Positions 9,837 to 20,176 of a stretch of DNA of 64,000 bases are shown here, one piece after another. This DNA is from Candidatus Thorarchaeota archaeon. Lineage in GTDB: Archaea > Asgardarchaeota > Thorarchaeia > Thorarchaeales > Thorarchaeaceae. Within the stretch, counting starts at the first letter, position 1, and the number at the start of each line of letters is the position of its first letter. The position numbers and the translations under genes are program-made. The notes below the pieces were generated by a model. That model saw only the letters and a program-made list of their open reading frames with translations, searched no databases and was not told the DNA's origin. Where the stretch lies: NCBI GenBank assembly GCA_029858305.1, contig JAOUFI010000004.1, positions 23,862-87,861 of the forward strand. The letters run 5' to 3'.

Positions 9837-11075
9837 GTGATATTCCTCTTGGCACGAACAACACAAGCATCCTATGCAGTTTTGGCAGCCTGTACGATTT
9901 CACATTTCATAAATCACGTCTTCACAGGTGCATTATCCCCATTTTTAGAAGTGATACAGTCTGAACTTGGTATCAGTTACACGTTGATTGGAATTATTGC
10001 GAGCGCTGCAGTGGTTGCTATGACCACAGCACATCTTTTGGTTGGATATCTCGGGGACAAAGGGTACCGTGATGCATTCATCTCAATCAGCATTATCGGG
10101 GCAGCATTCGCAACACTACTGACCAGTTTTGCTCAGGAATTTGTCTTTCTGACCATCTTTCAGATTTTCATGGGTATTGGTGCATCAGGATATCACCCAA
10201 GTTCATTTCCTGCCTTAGCAGAGAAGTTTCCCAATTCGGATCGTGCAAAGGCCACAGGTATTCAGGCAATGGGTGGGCTTGTCGGGATGGCCATAACTCC
10301 ATTTCTTGGTGTGACCTTGCTCATATTTCTTGGTTCTTGGCAAGGATCTCTACAAGTGCTTGCTATTCTAGGATTTGTCCTGTTTATCCCGACACTATTC
10401 CTAATGAGGCGCTCATCCAGTGAATCTAAAGACATGAAGGTCGTTGTAGAGTCCGAAGGACCTGAGGGCTGGACTCGAAATTTCTGGTTAGTTATTGTGC
10501 TCATGGGTCTTCGAGGAATGGCATTTCGATGTACATCTCTGTTGATGCCACTCTATCTTGTTGTCACATATGGTGCTAGCACAGTTTCTGCAGGAATACT
10601 TACTGCAATTATGCTGACCGCAGGCCTCTTTGGTGAAGTCGTTTCATCCATACTATCAGATAAACTGCATAATCGCGTTGCATTCCTTGTTGTTTCTACG
10701 GGTTTTGCAACACCAGCCCTCTTGTTGTTGAACTTCGCTCTAGAGCCTATAATGTTAATCCTAATTCTTGTTATCATCGGATTCTTCTTCTATCTAGGAG
10801 TTCCAGCGAATACTGCTCTACAGACAGAGATATCGCCACGTAGGAAGAGAGGTTTAGCCTTTGGAATTATCTTTTCAATTGGCTCAATACCCGGAGCAGT
10901 GTCACCTATCATCTTTGGATACATTGGCGATCTATATGGACTTGCAGCTTCAATACTGTTTCTTGTTGTCACAACCTTCCTAGCAACCATAGTTGCACTA
11001 TTTCTGAAGGAAGAGAAGCTACAGAAAGGAGTAGTGCAGATTGCCATGCCTGGGGAAGCAATATTACATCAATGA
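9837..11075 (+). CDS. MFS transporter
   Basis: ~12 hydrophobic helices. Motif A-like GYLGDKGYR and ILSDKL, plus GYIGDLYG. Confidence 0.9.
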   Translation: MIFLLARTTQASYAVLAACTISHFINHVFTGALSPFLEVIQSELGISYTLIGIIASAAVVAMTTAHLLVGYLGDKGYRDAFISISIIGAAFATLLTSFAQEFVFLTIFQIFMGIGASGYHPSSFPALAEKFPNSDRAKATGIQAMGGLVGMAITPFLGVTLLIFLGSWQGSLQVLAILGFVLFIPTLFLMRRSSSESKDMKVVVESEGPEGWTRNFWLVIVLMGLRGMAFRCTSLLMPLYLVVTYGASTVSAGILTAIMLTAGLFGEVVSSILSDKLHNRVAFLVVSTGFATPALLLLNFALEPIMLILILVIIGFFFYLGVPANTALQTEISPRRKRGLAFGIIFSIGSIPGAVSPIIFGYIGDLYGLAASILFLVVTTFLATIVALFLKEEKLQKGVVQIAMPGEAILHQ

Positions 11076-11128
11076 GCAAACCTTCACCTATAGGCAATCT
11101 GAAATAACATGCACCTCAGTGAATTGAC

Positions 11129-11971
11129 ATGTTTGATTATCATGTCCATCCCGGATACTCAATAGACGCAGAAGGAAGTGTAGAGGACTTCTGTCATTCA
11201 GCTTTAGAGAGAGGACTCAAAGAAATCGCCTTCACAACTCATCTTGACACAGATACCTCAACAGATGATTGCTTTGTTGTGGTCCAAGGCGAGAGGGTAG
11301 AAACTCTTTCTGGAGGATGGTTGGAAGACTATGAAATGACAATAAGAGCTGCAGAAGATAAGTATAGAGAGTTAGGACTGAAGGTTCTTCTGGGAGTCGA
11401 GGTGGACTATATCCCGAATGTGGAAAGTATCCTGCCAGAGCAATTCTATTCGACGGATTTTGATATAGTCCTAGGTTCAGCTCATCTTGTTGATCATATC
11501 GCAATATCTGCTGGTGACCGTGCACGGGAAGCCTTCAGAAGATACACAATTGAAGAGCTTGGAGAAAGATACTACGGTCTCCTTCTTGATGCAATAGAAA
11601 CTGGACTCTTTGATATCATGTCTCATCTGGACCTCTATCGGAGATTTGGACAAGTCTTCTACGGTGAAAAAATTCGTGAGATATGGAGATCCTATCTCGA
11701 TGATCTTGTTATGTCGATGAGAAGAAACAATGTTGGTTTTGAGATAAACACATCTCCTCTCAGAAGAGGGCAGGACGAACCCATGCCAGAGGAGAACATT
11801 GTCAGAGCACTGAAAGAATCAGGAGTGACGACTGCGACAGTGGGTTCTGATGCACACTCTCCAGACCATGTTGGAGTGGGTATTGAAAAGGCCATTCAGA
11901 TACTCAAGAGAGTTGGGTTTTCCAGTGTTACAACATTTGATCGTCGAATATCTAGTACACATGATATCTAG
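11129..11971 (+). CDS. PHP-family histidinol-phosphatase (HisJ-like)
   Basis: DYHVH, FTTH, GVEVDY, GSAH, HLDL, EINTS, GSDAH. Confidence 0.85.
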   Translation: MFDYHVHPGYSIDAEGSVEDFCHSALERGLKEIAFTTHLDTDTSTDDCFVVVQGERVETLSGGWLEDYEMTIRAAEDKYRELGLKVLLGVEVDYIPNVESILPEQFYSTDFDIVLGSAHLVDHIAISAGDRAREAFRRYTIEELGERYYGLLLDAIETGLFDIMSHLDLYRRFGQVFYGEKIREIWRSYLDDLVMSMRRNNVGFEINTSPLRRGQDEPMPEENIVRALKESGVTTATVGSDAHSPDHVGVGIEKAIQILKRVGFSSVTTFDRRISSTHDI

Positions 11972-12031
11972 GATAGGCATTTAGTGCAAAAGACAGTTAT
12001 CTGAGAGATGTATTGTCCACACGGTGATTCG

Positions 12032-12457
12032 ATGAGAAACGTGAAGTCGTTTGTTCTATGTCTTATTGGCGGTATCCTGATGTTTTATGCTGGATTTGTG
12101 GGTAGTGTTGGAATCTGGGGAGACCTGATTGCTCTTGCAAACTCACTGGCTCCAGGATTTGCAGATGTCCTCTTTTGGGTTCTTATCATACTTCAGAACA
12201 TCGCTACCCTCGGTGGTATTGCTGTGATTATCGGAGCAATCTTGTTCACGACAGATAGAGTGGGAACTGGGAAGTTCATTATAGGAATAGCTGCAGGGAT
12301 GGGCATCATCGGTCTCATATTCCTCATCTATGATATGTACATGGCTTTGGGTGTCGATGCGCTTCTGGAGTTCTACAACTTGCTATCTAATTCAATGGGA
12401 ATGCTCGGTGTGATCTTGACAATAATTGGTCGAATGATGGTCAAAAAACCCGAATAA
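12032..12457 (+). CDS. Small integral membrane protein (4 TM)
   Basis: Four Gly-rich hydrophobic segments. ATG 12032 follows GGTGA; the ORF track starts at 12008. Confidence 0.75.
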   Translation: MRNVKSFVLCLIGGILMFYAGFVGSVGIWGDLIALANSLAPGFADVLFWVLIILQNIATLGGIAVIIGAILFTTDRVGTGKFIIGIAAGMGIIGLIFLIYDMYMALGVDALLEFYNLLSNSMGMLGVILTIIGRMMVKKPE

Positions 12458-12500
12458 TCCACTTGAGTAACTCTTATCCGAAGCCTATTGAGTACAAATC

Positions 12501-13142
12501 ATGGTTGACGTGACAGAGAACAGTGATAATGCAATTCAGAAAGCTGTAAAACTAATAGAAAATGGACTCTTCAAAGAAGCTATCGTAGAGCTCCGTGACT
12601 TCTTGCGGGATCACCCAGAGTCTATAGAAGGATGGTATAATCTAGGTTACGCATTAACAGAAAATGAAGAATATGATGCAGCAAACAAGGCATATGATGA
12701 AGCCCTAGCGATTGACAATGGAATTTTTGCATTGTGGTTCAATAAGGGCACTGTATTCTATGAACAGAAGGATTTTGAGAATGCAAAGGAGTGTTATGAG
12801 AAAGCCCTCGAGATTGATCCGGAAGATGCTGAGGCATGGAACAACTTGGGAAATTGTTTTTCAAGACTAGCAGATGGAAGATCTGCAATTGATGCATATA
12901 CTAGAGCTGTAGCACTAAGACCTGACTACGCAGAGGCCTTCTACAACAAAGCAAACGCACATTTCATCGAGGAAGAGGATGAAAAAGCAGTTGCATATGC
13001 TGAGCTTGCCCTTGAATTGAATCCAGCCTTAGAAGAAAAAATTAGTCAATGGATTCATGTTTCACGTAACAGGCTATTATCAAAGAGAGACCAAGAAGAG
13101 CATGAACGGAGAGTCAGAGAACGTTCAAAGCAAACAGATTGA
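12501..13142 (+). CDS. Tetratricopeptide repeat protein
   Basis: Repeated WYNLG / WFNKG / WNNLG / FYNKA with A..AY..AL...P spacing. Confidence 0.9.
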   Translation: MVDVTENSDNAIQKAVKLIENGLFKEAIVELRDFLRDHPESIEGWYNLGYALTENEEYDAANKAYDEALAIDNGIFALWFNKGTVFYEQKDFENAKECYEKALEIDPEDAEAWNNLGNCFSRLADGRSAIDAYTRAVALRPDYAEAFYNKANAHFIEEEDEKAVAYAELALELNPALEEKISQWIHVSRNRLLSKRDQEEHERRVRERSKQTD

Positions 13143-13185
13143 TTGATTCATCAGACCTAAAAGGAGTAGAGGCACCGTACAGGTC

Positions 13186-13740
13186 ATGATTCCGGGTATG
13201 ATTCCAGAGGAAACTTCTGAAGGATTCTCTCCACCGTACAAATACATAATATTGATAGCGGCTCTAATTACTGTGGGGGGAGTAATATTGGCGTGGCTTG
13301 GAGGACAGGGTATTCTACCTCTCAATCCAGCAGTAACTTTGGGGATGAGTATTCTTCTAGCGACAATCGTCATTTGTTGTGCGGGCGTCATAATGCAAGG
13401 AACCTATGCATCAAGAATTGTCAATTATAGCGAGATGGAGCTCAGATACGAGGAGGGCATGGGACATTATGAAAATGAAGAGTGGGAGAATGCACTCCTT
13501 ATCTTTACAGAGCTTGCAGGTCCAAAATTGGATCATAAACGGGGAACATATTATTCAGCCTGCTGCTATGAAAAGCTTGGAGATTGGGAAAATGTCAAGA
13601 AATACACAAATGCCTACCTGAGGATGAAGCCAAAGGATGCAGAAGCCTGGGAGATGCTGTCTCGAGCCCACAAAACTCTTTTCGAATACGAAGAGGCGCA
13701 GTATGCCAGAGACCAAGCGGACAGGTTCAGAACTAGTTAA
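13186..13740 (+). CDS. Two-TM membrane protein with C-terminal TPR
   Basis: Two hydrophobic helices followed by TPR-like YYSACCYEKLG and PKDAEAWEML. Confidence 0.75.
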   Translation: MIPGMIPEETSEGFSPPYKYIILIAALITVGGVILAWLGGQGILPLNPAVTLGMSILLATIVICCAGVIMQGTYASRIVNYSEMELRYEEGMGHYENEEWENALLIFTELAGPKLDHKRGTYYSACCYEKLGDWENVKKYTNAYLRMKPKDAEAWEMLSRAHKTLFEYEEAQYARDQADRFRTS

Positions 13741-13864
13741 GAAGCTCTTCAATTACGTAGATAATGCTGGAGAAGGTCTCTCGAGAAATTGTAGCTGGTG
13801 GACATGAATTTCAATTCAATCAAGTTCGCCGATGACGGTCTCCAAGAAATCTAAGCTATACTAA

Positions 13865-14773
13865 TTAGCATTCAATAACCGGATTACGCAAGAATCCAAT
13901 CTTCTCAATGAATTGTTCTACTACATCGCCTGATTTCAGAAACTCTGGCGGATTTCTCACAAATCCGACTCCAGAGGGAGTTCCAGTAGCAATCACATCG
14001 CCCGGCTCGAGTGTGAATGACTTCGAGAGGTGAGCAATAATTTGTGGAACACTGAAGATCATCTTTGATGTTGTTGAATTCTGTTTTATTACACCGTTGA
14101 TTTTCGTTATCATCTTAAGGTCGGAACCATCACCCAGCTCGTCTCGTGTGACAATACAAGGGCCCATGGGACAGAAGCTGTCCAGAGATTTAGAACGTAC
14201 ATACTGTCTATCGCTGTGTTGAAGATCTCTCGCACTCACATCGTTGATGATTGTGTATCCAGCAATGAAGTCTAGGGATTGGTCCTCCTCGACATCTTTA
14301 CACATCTTGCCTATTACTACCGCAAGCTCAACCTCCCAGTCTATCTGTTTCGATATTTTCGGTATCTGTATAGGATCATTAGGACCAATTACACATGATG
14401 GAAACTTAGCAAAGACTACCGGAAACGTGGGAACTTCAGTCCCGGTCTCTTTGATATGATCAAGATAGTTACGCCCGACAGCAATAATTTTCCCTGGCCG
14501 TGGTATTGGAGCTTCCAGTGTCAGTGAGCTCGGTTCCCGGGTGAGAAGACGTTCTTCATTCGGTGATTGTTCATGTCGTTTGACAATCTGACTTACAACT
14601 TCAATACCTGATTCCCAATTCAGGAGATCCAGCATGGTTGTCGGAAAACTCTGACCATGAACGTGATACTTCCTGCCAAAGTAAGAGGCCGCATCTGGAA
14701 TGTCAAGAATCCCTGATTCTATGTGCACACCAATGGAAGGCACGCCCATTCGTGAGTATGTGACCAATCGCAT
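13865..14773 (-). CDS. Fumarylacetoacetate hydrolase family protein
   Basis: KIIAVGRNYLDH, DWEVELAVVIG, NDVSARDLQ, KSLDSFCPMGP, GDVIATGTPSGVG. Confidence 0.92.
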   Translation of the reverse strand: MRLVTYSRMGVPSIGVHIESGILDIPDAASYFGRKYHVHGQSFPTTMLDLLNWESGIEVVSQIVKRHEQSPNEERLLTREPSSLTLEAPIPRPGKIIAVGRNYLDHIKETGTEVPTFPVVFAKFPSCVIGPNDPIQIPKISKQIDWEVELAVVIGKMCKDVEEDQSLDFIAGYTIINDVSARDLQHSDRQYVRSKSLDSFCPMGPCIVTRDELGDGSDLKMITKINGVIKQNSTTSKMIFSVPQIIAHLSKSFTLEPGDVIATGTPSGVGFVRNPPEFLKSGDVVEQFIEKIGFLRNPVIEC

Positions 14774-14837
14774 GATATCATAGGTCCAACCAACTCATTT
14801 ATTCGTAATGGTAACAAACACGTCATAGTGATTACGC

Positions 14838-15167
14838 ATGACGAATGAACCATCACTTGATGAGTTACCCGACAAGGTTTTCGTTGCCCTAGGCAGAAGA
14901 GGTATGGAGGGTATTCCTCTAAAAGAATGTACGTACGAGTGTGATGGAAAAGAGCTTCGTTTCCTCAAATTCAGCAAGAGCAAAGACTATCTCAAGGGAC
15001 AAGGTGTTGAAGAGGTAGTCGAGGACTGGCTTGTTGAGTGTATGAAATGTGGCAAACCTTTCACAATCCGATGCATCATCAGATATGCAGAGGGAGAAAG
15101 GATAGATACAAGAGTAGACATTATAGATGATACTGGCAAGAATCTTGGTTGGCTAGGAAGCTATTAG
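14838..15167 (+). CDS. Hypothetical protein, probable zinc ribbon
   Basis: CTYEC and CMKC pairs. First gene of the leuBCD-like run. Confidence 0.65.
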   Translation: MTNEPSLDELPDKVFVALGRRGMEGIPLKECTYECDGKELRFLKFSKSKDYLKGQGVEEVVEDWLVECMKCGKPFTIRCIIRYAEGERIDTRVDIIDDTGKNLGWLGSY

Positions 15168-15177
15168 GTGAGTTGAA

Positions 15178-16338
15178 ATGTCTCGGACCTACAAGATATC
15201 AATCCTTCCCGGAGATGGCATTGGTCGTGAAGTCGTGCCTCAGGCAGTTAACGTACTTCAAGCTGCAGAGGAACTTGTTGGAGGTTTCCAGATGGACCTT
15301 CACAAATATGAGTGTGGAGGAGAGTTCTATCGGAAGGAGAAGAGAGAATGGACAATCGAGGCGGAGGAGTTCACGAAAAAAGAGGCAGATGCTGTGCTCC
15401 TTGGTGCTATAGGTGCGGTCAATTCAGATGGGAGTAGTGTGAGACTTCCAGATGGGAATCTCGCAGGTTATAGTATAGTGATAGGACTAAGGATGGAACT
15501 TGATCTCTTTGCCAACGTCAGACCGGTCAAGCTCTATGAAGGAGTATGGACACCACTTAGCGGAAAAGGACCAGATGATATCGACATGACCATTATCCGA
15601 GAGAACACAGAAGGACTCTATTCACCAACTCGGGGAACTTTGAAGAGAGGGAAAGAATCTGAATTAGCAATCGATACCAGAGTTATAACAAGAAAGGGGT
15701 CAGAGCGGGTTATACGTTATGCTTTCCACCTTGCTGTCAATAGTCACGGAGCTCCAAGTGACAGACAAAAGAGAGTGACCTGTGTCGATAAGAGCAATTT
15801 ACTCGCTGGTTGTCAACTCTTTAGAAGTGTATTCGACGAGATTGCCCAAGAGTATCCAAGCGTTGAGAAGGACTATGCATATGTGGATGCGTGGACTCAG
15901 TGGTGTCTCAGAAAGCCTGAGTACTACAATGTTGTTGTTGCTCCCAATGAATTTGGAGACATAATCACAGACCTTGGAGCAGCAGTCCAAGGTGGTCTTG
16001 GTGTAGCCCCTGCAGGGAATATTGGAGTCAAGCATGGTGTCTTCGAACCAGTTCATGGCTCAGCACCAAAATACTATGGATCTAATAGTGCAAATCCGAT
16101 TGCCGCCATTCTGGCATTGAGTATGATGCTAGACTGGCTAGGAACAGAGCATCGCGATAAGAAAGTTAAAAGTGCTGGAGAATTAATCAAAGCATCAGTC
16201 GCAGAGCTACTCAGAGAAGGCAAGGTACGAACGCTAGACTTGTGTGTGGGGCCATGGAGCTCTGTAAGTCCCAGCTCCACAGAAAATGTGACTTCTGAAA
16301 TAATTAAATTACTCAAAAGAATTCAGACGAAACGGTGA
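15178..16338 (+). CDS. Isocitrate/isopropylmalate/tartrate dehydrogenase family (LeuB-like)
   Basis: [49 protein letters not shown]. Confidence 0.92.
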   Translation: MSRTYKISILPGDGIGREVVPQAVNVLQAAEELVGGFQMDLHKYECGGEFYRKEKREWTIEAEEFTKKEADAVLLGAIGAVNSDGSSVRLPDGNLAGYSIVIGLRMELDLFANVRPVKLYEGVWTPLSGKGPDDIDMTIIRENTEGLYSPTRGTLKRGKESELAIDTRVITRKGSERVIRYAFHLAVNSHGAPSDRQKRVTCVDKSNLLAGCQLFRSVFDEIAQEYPSVEKDYAYVDAWTQWCLRKPEYYNVVVAPNEFGDIITDLGAAVQGGLGVAPAGNIGVKHGVFEPVHGSAPKYYGSNSANPIAAILALSMMLDWLGTEHRDKKVKSAGELIKASVAELLREGKVRTLDLCVGPWSSVSPSSTENVTSEIIKLLKRIQTKR

Positions 16339-16344
16339 GTTACA

Positions 16345-17610
16345 ATGGGCAAAACTCTAGCAGAAAAACTACTGGCAAATCATACTGATGATGGAAAAGC
16401 CACTGCAGGAGACATAGTTGAAGCACACATCGACCTATTGATGGTACATGAGGTCCTTGGCTCGAGAATTATCCCCATTCTTAAAGAGATGGACTTCAAA
16501 CATGTGTGGGATCCAAAGAGAATCATTGTGGTGAATGATCATTGGGCACCAGCATCCGATATTAATAGCGCAGAGATTCATCGCCGTAATCGCAATTTCG
16601 TCCGTGAACAAGGCATCATGAATTTCTGTGATGTCGACTGTGGAATATCCCATCAAATACTTCCTGAGAGTGGCCTTGTAGCGCCTGGAGACCTTATCAT
16701 AGGAAGTGATTCTCATTCTACAACATATGGTGCGTTTAACGCATTCTCTACGGGTCTAGCAGCCACTGACTCCGCGCTCATACTAGCAACTGGTATGTCT
16801 TGGTTCATGGTTCCCGAAACAATCCGTATAGAAGTGGATGGAAAATTATCGAAGATGGTCATGAGCAAGGATCTCATTTTGCTGATTCTCAAGGATCTCG
16901 GACCTGATGGAGCCAACTACAAATCAATCGAATTCTTTGGAACTACCATTGACAATATGGATGTAGGACCACGAATGACAATGTGTAACATGACCGTTGA
17001 AGCAGGGGCAAAGTGCTCACCTATGATGGTGAACGGCTATGTAGAATCATGGATGAAAAATGTGGCACCGACACGTAAATGGACATCAACTAAACCAGAT
17101 GATGATGCAGAGTATATACAGAATCTAACCTACGATTTAAATAAAGACCCTCTTTGTCCGATGGTTGCAACACCCGATAATCCTACGAACGGACAGTCAG
17201 TTATCGAGGTGAGTGGTGTACCAATAGATCAAGCATTCATCGGTTCCTGTACAAATGGGAGAATAGATGATCTTGAGATTGCAGCAAAGATACTGAAGGG
17301 CAAGAAGATTCGAAAAGGAGTACGTCTTATTATCACACCTGCAAGTAGAGAAACATACGTGCATGCTCTACATGAGGGGCTTGTGGAAATCTTCATGGAC
17401 GCTGGAGCAATAGTCACAAACTCAACCTGCGGGGCTTGTGTTGGCGGCCATCTTGGAGTCCTAGGAGCAGGGGAGGTGTGCATCTCTACAACAAATAGGA
17501 ACTTTCGAGGAAGAATGGGACATAAAGATTCGTCAATCTATCTGGCATCTCCAGCTACTGTAGCGGCAAGTGCTCTAGAAGGAGCTATAACTGATCCCAG
17601 GAGGGTATGA
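16345..17610 (+). CDS. leuC: 3-isopropylmalate dehydratase/homoaconitase large subunit
   Basis: TLAEK, DH, GSDSHSTTYGA, IGSCTNGR, CGACVG, STTNRNFRGRMG, LASPAT. Substrate specificity is uncertain. Confidence 0.88.
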   Translation: MGKTLAEKLLANHTDDGKATAGDIVEAHIDLLMVHEVLGSRIIPILKEMDFKHVWDPKRIIVVNDHWAPASDINSAEIHRRNRNFVREQGIMNFCDVDCGISHQILPESGLVAPGDLIIGSDSHSTTYGAFNAFSTGLAATDSALILATGMSWFMVPETIRIEVDGKLSKMVMSKDLILLILKDLGPDGANYKSIEFFGTTIDNMDVGPRMTMCNMTVEAGAKCSPMMVNGYVESWMKNVAPTRKWTSTKPDDDAEYIQNLTYDLNKDPLCPMVATPDNPTNGQSVIEVSGVPIDQAFIGSCTNGRIDDLEIAAKILKGKKIRKGVRLIITPASRETYVHALHEGLVEIFMDAGAIVTNSTCGACVGGHLGVLGAGEVCISTTNRNFRGRMGHKDSSIYLASPATVAASALEGAITDPRRV

Positions 17611-18125
17611 TTGTGACAAGAAATCTCACTAATATCACAGGAAGAGCTTGGGTCTTTGGTAATGACATAAACACGGATCAAATCATCCAAGGTCAATACC
17701 TCACAATCCTTGATTATGCTGAAATGGCTAAACATACATTCGAAATCCCTCGTCCACTCTTTGCCTCAAAGGTCAAGAAGAATGATATTGTAATCGCAGG
17801 TCGTAACTTTGGAGGAGGATCGTCACGGGAAGAAGCTCCTAAGGTTCTTCTTGAGTCAGGAATCGGATGTGTAATTGCAGAATCCTTTGCAAGAATTTTC
17901 TACAGGAACGGGTTTAATGTTGGTCTTCCTCTTCTCATCGCTCCTAATGCAGCCAAGCTAGTAAAGGATGGAGAAACTGTTACAGTAAATCTAGTTGAAG
18001 GTACACTCACTCTACGAAGTAATAAAGACATTATCCACGGCAAGCCAGTAACTGAAAGAATCCTGAACCTCCTGAGCGCAGGAGGCGCAGTCCAGTGGTA
18101 TAGAAAAACGCTTGGAAAACGCTAA
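17607..18125 (+). CDS. leuD: 3-isopropylmalate dehydratase/homoaconitase small subunit
   Basis: DINTDQII, GRNFGGGSSRE, AESFARIFYRN. ATGA overlap with the large subunit. Confidence 0.88.
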   Translation: MIVTRNLTNITGRAWVFGNDINTDQIIQGQYLTILDYAEMAKHTFEIPRPLFASKVKKNDIVIAGRNFGGGSSREEAPKVLLESGIGCVIAESFARIFYRNGFNVGLPLLIAPNAAKLVKDGETVTVNLVEGTLTLRSNKDIIHGKPVTERILNLLSAGGAVQWYRKTLGKR

Positions 18126-18176
18126 AAGGCATCAATAAGCTGTTGCATACGACGTCATCATCTATGAGGTTATCTG

Positions 18177-19961
18177 ATGAATGCATTAGTATTCTTATTA
18201 ATTTCAATTATTGCACATGCAATCCCAATACCGTTTGCACGGCAATATATGATACCAAGCAGACTAATCAAATGGTTGCCCTTGCGTCTTGTGTGGGGAA
18301 CTGTCGCTTGGGTAATCATATGTCTTCTATTCGGAGCAGCGCTACCTTGGGCAATTCTTGGACTTGTAATGAGCCTAGGAGCACTCATGATGATCACAAG
18401 CGGATTCCGCCCGGGTGGTCATATTGAGAATATGTTAGAGGGCATCAAAGTACCCTTTGCCTGTATTGGTTTAATCATACTCATAACAGTACCAGCATTT
18501 GGGAGTGTTATTAGCTGGACATCGGGGGTTGCAAACGCCGAATATTTTGATGCCATGATTTCAGAAACTGACGAGCCACTTTTCACAAGTCCAATCCCTG
18601 ATAGAATGGTTCGTCTTGTCACAGAAGAATATGCAAAATATGTAGCAAGCCAACACCTATCACCTTTTGGATCAAACAACTTAGTTGCTGCAGCACATAT
18701 CACTCTTAGAAACGGAACTTTGGTCTGGGTGTGTACGATAGTATCGACAAATGTACTTGCTGAGAACTATATCAAGGGATTCATCGTTGTGGATGCAAAT
18801 GATCCCCAGACAGTTGAACCCCTTGCAATCACCTCTACGAGCATTCCTGTCGGGGAGGGTCTATTCTGGGACAAGAACATTCAGTTCGGGAACTATTTGA
18901 ATGACATAACATCAATGTATGAATATGCATATCCAACATGGGATCCCAGTGGAAATTTGGTCTACGTCCAGACACGGACACCACTTGGCTTTGATTTCGT
19001 AGAAGCCGCAATCGGACCAATTGTCTATGCAGAGAATGGTTCAGTGTTCGCGTATGATACCATTGCAGATACACCATCGTGGATCACACAAGCTTATGCA
19101 GAGGAATGGCTGGAGAGGCAAATAACACGATGGGGAAGTTTCCGAAGAGGTAGTGGATTTGACCTATTTGCTGGAGGATTATTGTGGGTTATTCCACCCT
19201 CAAACGACAGGCTCGAGATTACAGAGGATACAAGATATATCTTGAATCCAGACACCGGTCGAATTGAGGCGTTCATAGCAGTCCATCCAGTGAACTCACC
19301 AAGTACTCTTGCAGGAGTATTCCGTGCAACACAGAACGAGGTGTACTATCATGACCTAAGTGGATTGGGATATGTTAGTGGTGAGGCTGCAGTCGCCAAT
19401 GTTGTCGGGGACATAGGTCAACCAGCAAGCGGTTACTACTATGGAGCTATGCCGCTTCTCTATCCAGTCACTATTAATTCCACACTCACAAAGTGGACAT
19501 GGTACACGCCAATCTATTGGGCTGATACCTACTACGACGAAGATCTTGGAGAGTATATCTCATCCAATATGAGGCTTCATGCACTTGGCTTAGTCGATGC
19601 CTCAAATATCGATCGATTCGTTTGGTTGCCCTTGGGAGGAACTACATCTGGTGAGGACCTAGTATACGATGTCAGAAGTGATTATCTAGGCTTGTTTGGG
19701 GGTGTCATTGAGGAGGAGCCATCCGATAGCTTCAGCATCACAGCTAATGTTACAGCAAAGACCACATTTGTCCAGAATGGTCAGCAGCACGTTCTACTAC
19801 AGACGAACAATGCCACCTATGAATTCCTAGAAGGTGCTCAAGCTTGGATGAACACAACAGATTGGTATACACTCCTATTTATCGACGTAGACGATAATTT
19901 CACCGCAACGATTCTACAAGTAGGAGATGTCTATCGAATAATCGCTATCGTCAAAAACTAG
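18177..19961 (+). CDS. Hypothetical membrane protein with large extracytoplasmic domain
   Basis: 594-aa ORF with ~4 N-terminal TM helices and an aromatic/acidic beta-rich domain carrying several N-x-S/T sequons. Confidence 0.8.
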   Translation: MNALVFLLISIIAHAIPIPFARQYMIPSRLIKWLPLRLVWGTVAWVIICLLFGAALPWAILGLVMSLGALMMITSGFRPGGHIENMLEGIKVPFACIGLIILITVPAFGSVISWTSGVANAEYFDAMISETDEPLFTSPIPDRMVRLVTEEYAKYVASQHLSPFGSNNLVAAAHITLRNGTLVWVCTIVSTNVLAENYIKGFIVVDANDPQTVEPLAITSTSIPVGEGLFWDKNIQFGNYLNDITSMYEYAYPTWDPSGNLVYVQTRTPLGFDFVEAAIGPIVYAENGSVFAYDTIADTPSWITQAYAEEWLERQITRWGSFRRGSGFDLFAGGLLWVIPPSNDRLEITEDTRYILNPDTGRIEAFIAVHPVNSPSTLAGVFRATQNEVYYHDLSGLGYVSGEAAVANVVGDIGQPASGYYYGAMPLLYPVTINSTLTKWTWYTPIYWADTYYDEDLGEYISSNMRLHALGLVDASNIDRFVWLPLGGTTSGEDLVYDVRSDYLGLFGGVIEEEPSDSFSITANVTAKTTFVQNGQQHVLLQTNNATYEFLEGAQAWMNTTDWYTLLFIDVDDNFTATILQVGDVYRIIAIVKN

Positions 19962-19963
19962 TG

Positions 19964-19998
19964 GAAGGAGAGATTTCTCTCCTTCATTCTCCTTTTTT
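19964..19998 (+). terminator. Hairpin plus T-tract after the 18177-19961 gene
   Basis: GAAGGAGAG-ATTT-CTCTCCTTC followed by ATTCTCCTTTTTT. Confidence 0.6.
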
Positions 19999-20176
19999 AT
20001 TCATTTGTGCGAGTACCCATACTCATCCTGGTTTTCATTGAAGCATACTTCACCTTTGCCATGTCTCAAATCTATTCACGTCGAGTTCTGTATTGTATTG
20101 CATTGGTATAGATAGCGCATTTGTTTCCAAGTGGGCATTGATCTTCAAACTCGCCATGATCGTGCATACTTTCCAA

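Noticed and set aside
20000-20176. Short minus-strand ORFs between convergent genes (e.g. MHDHGEFEDQCPLGNKC...)
   Set aside because: Very short, with no clear RBS or motif. Cannot be supported.
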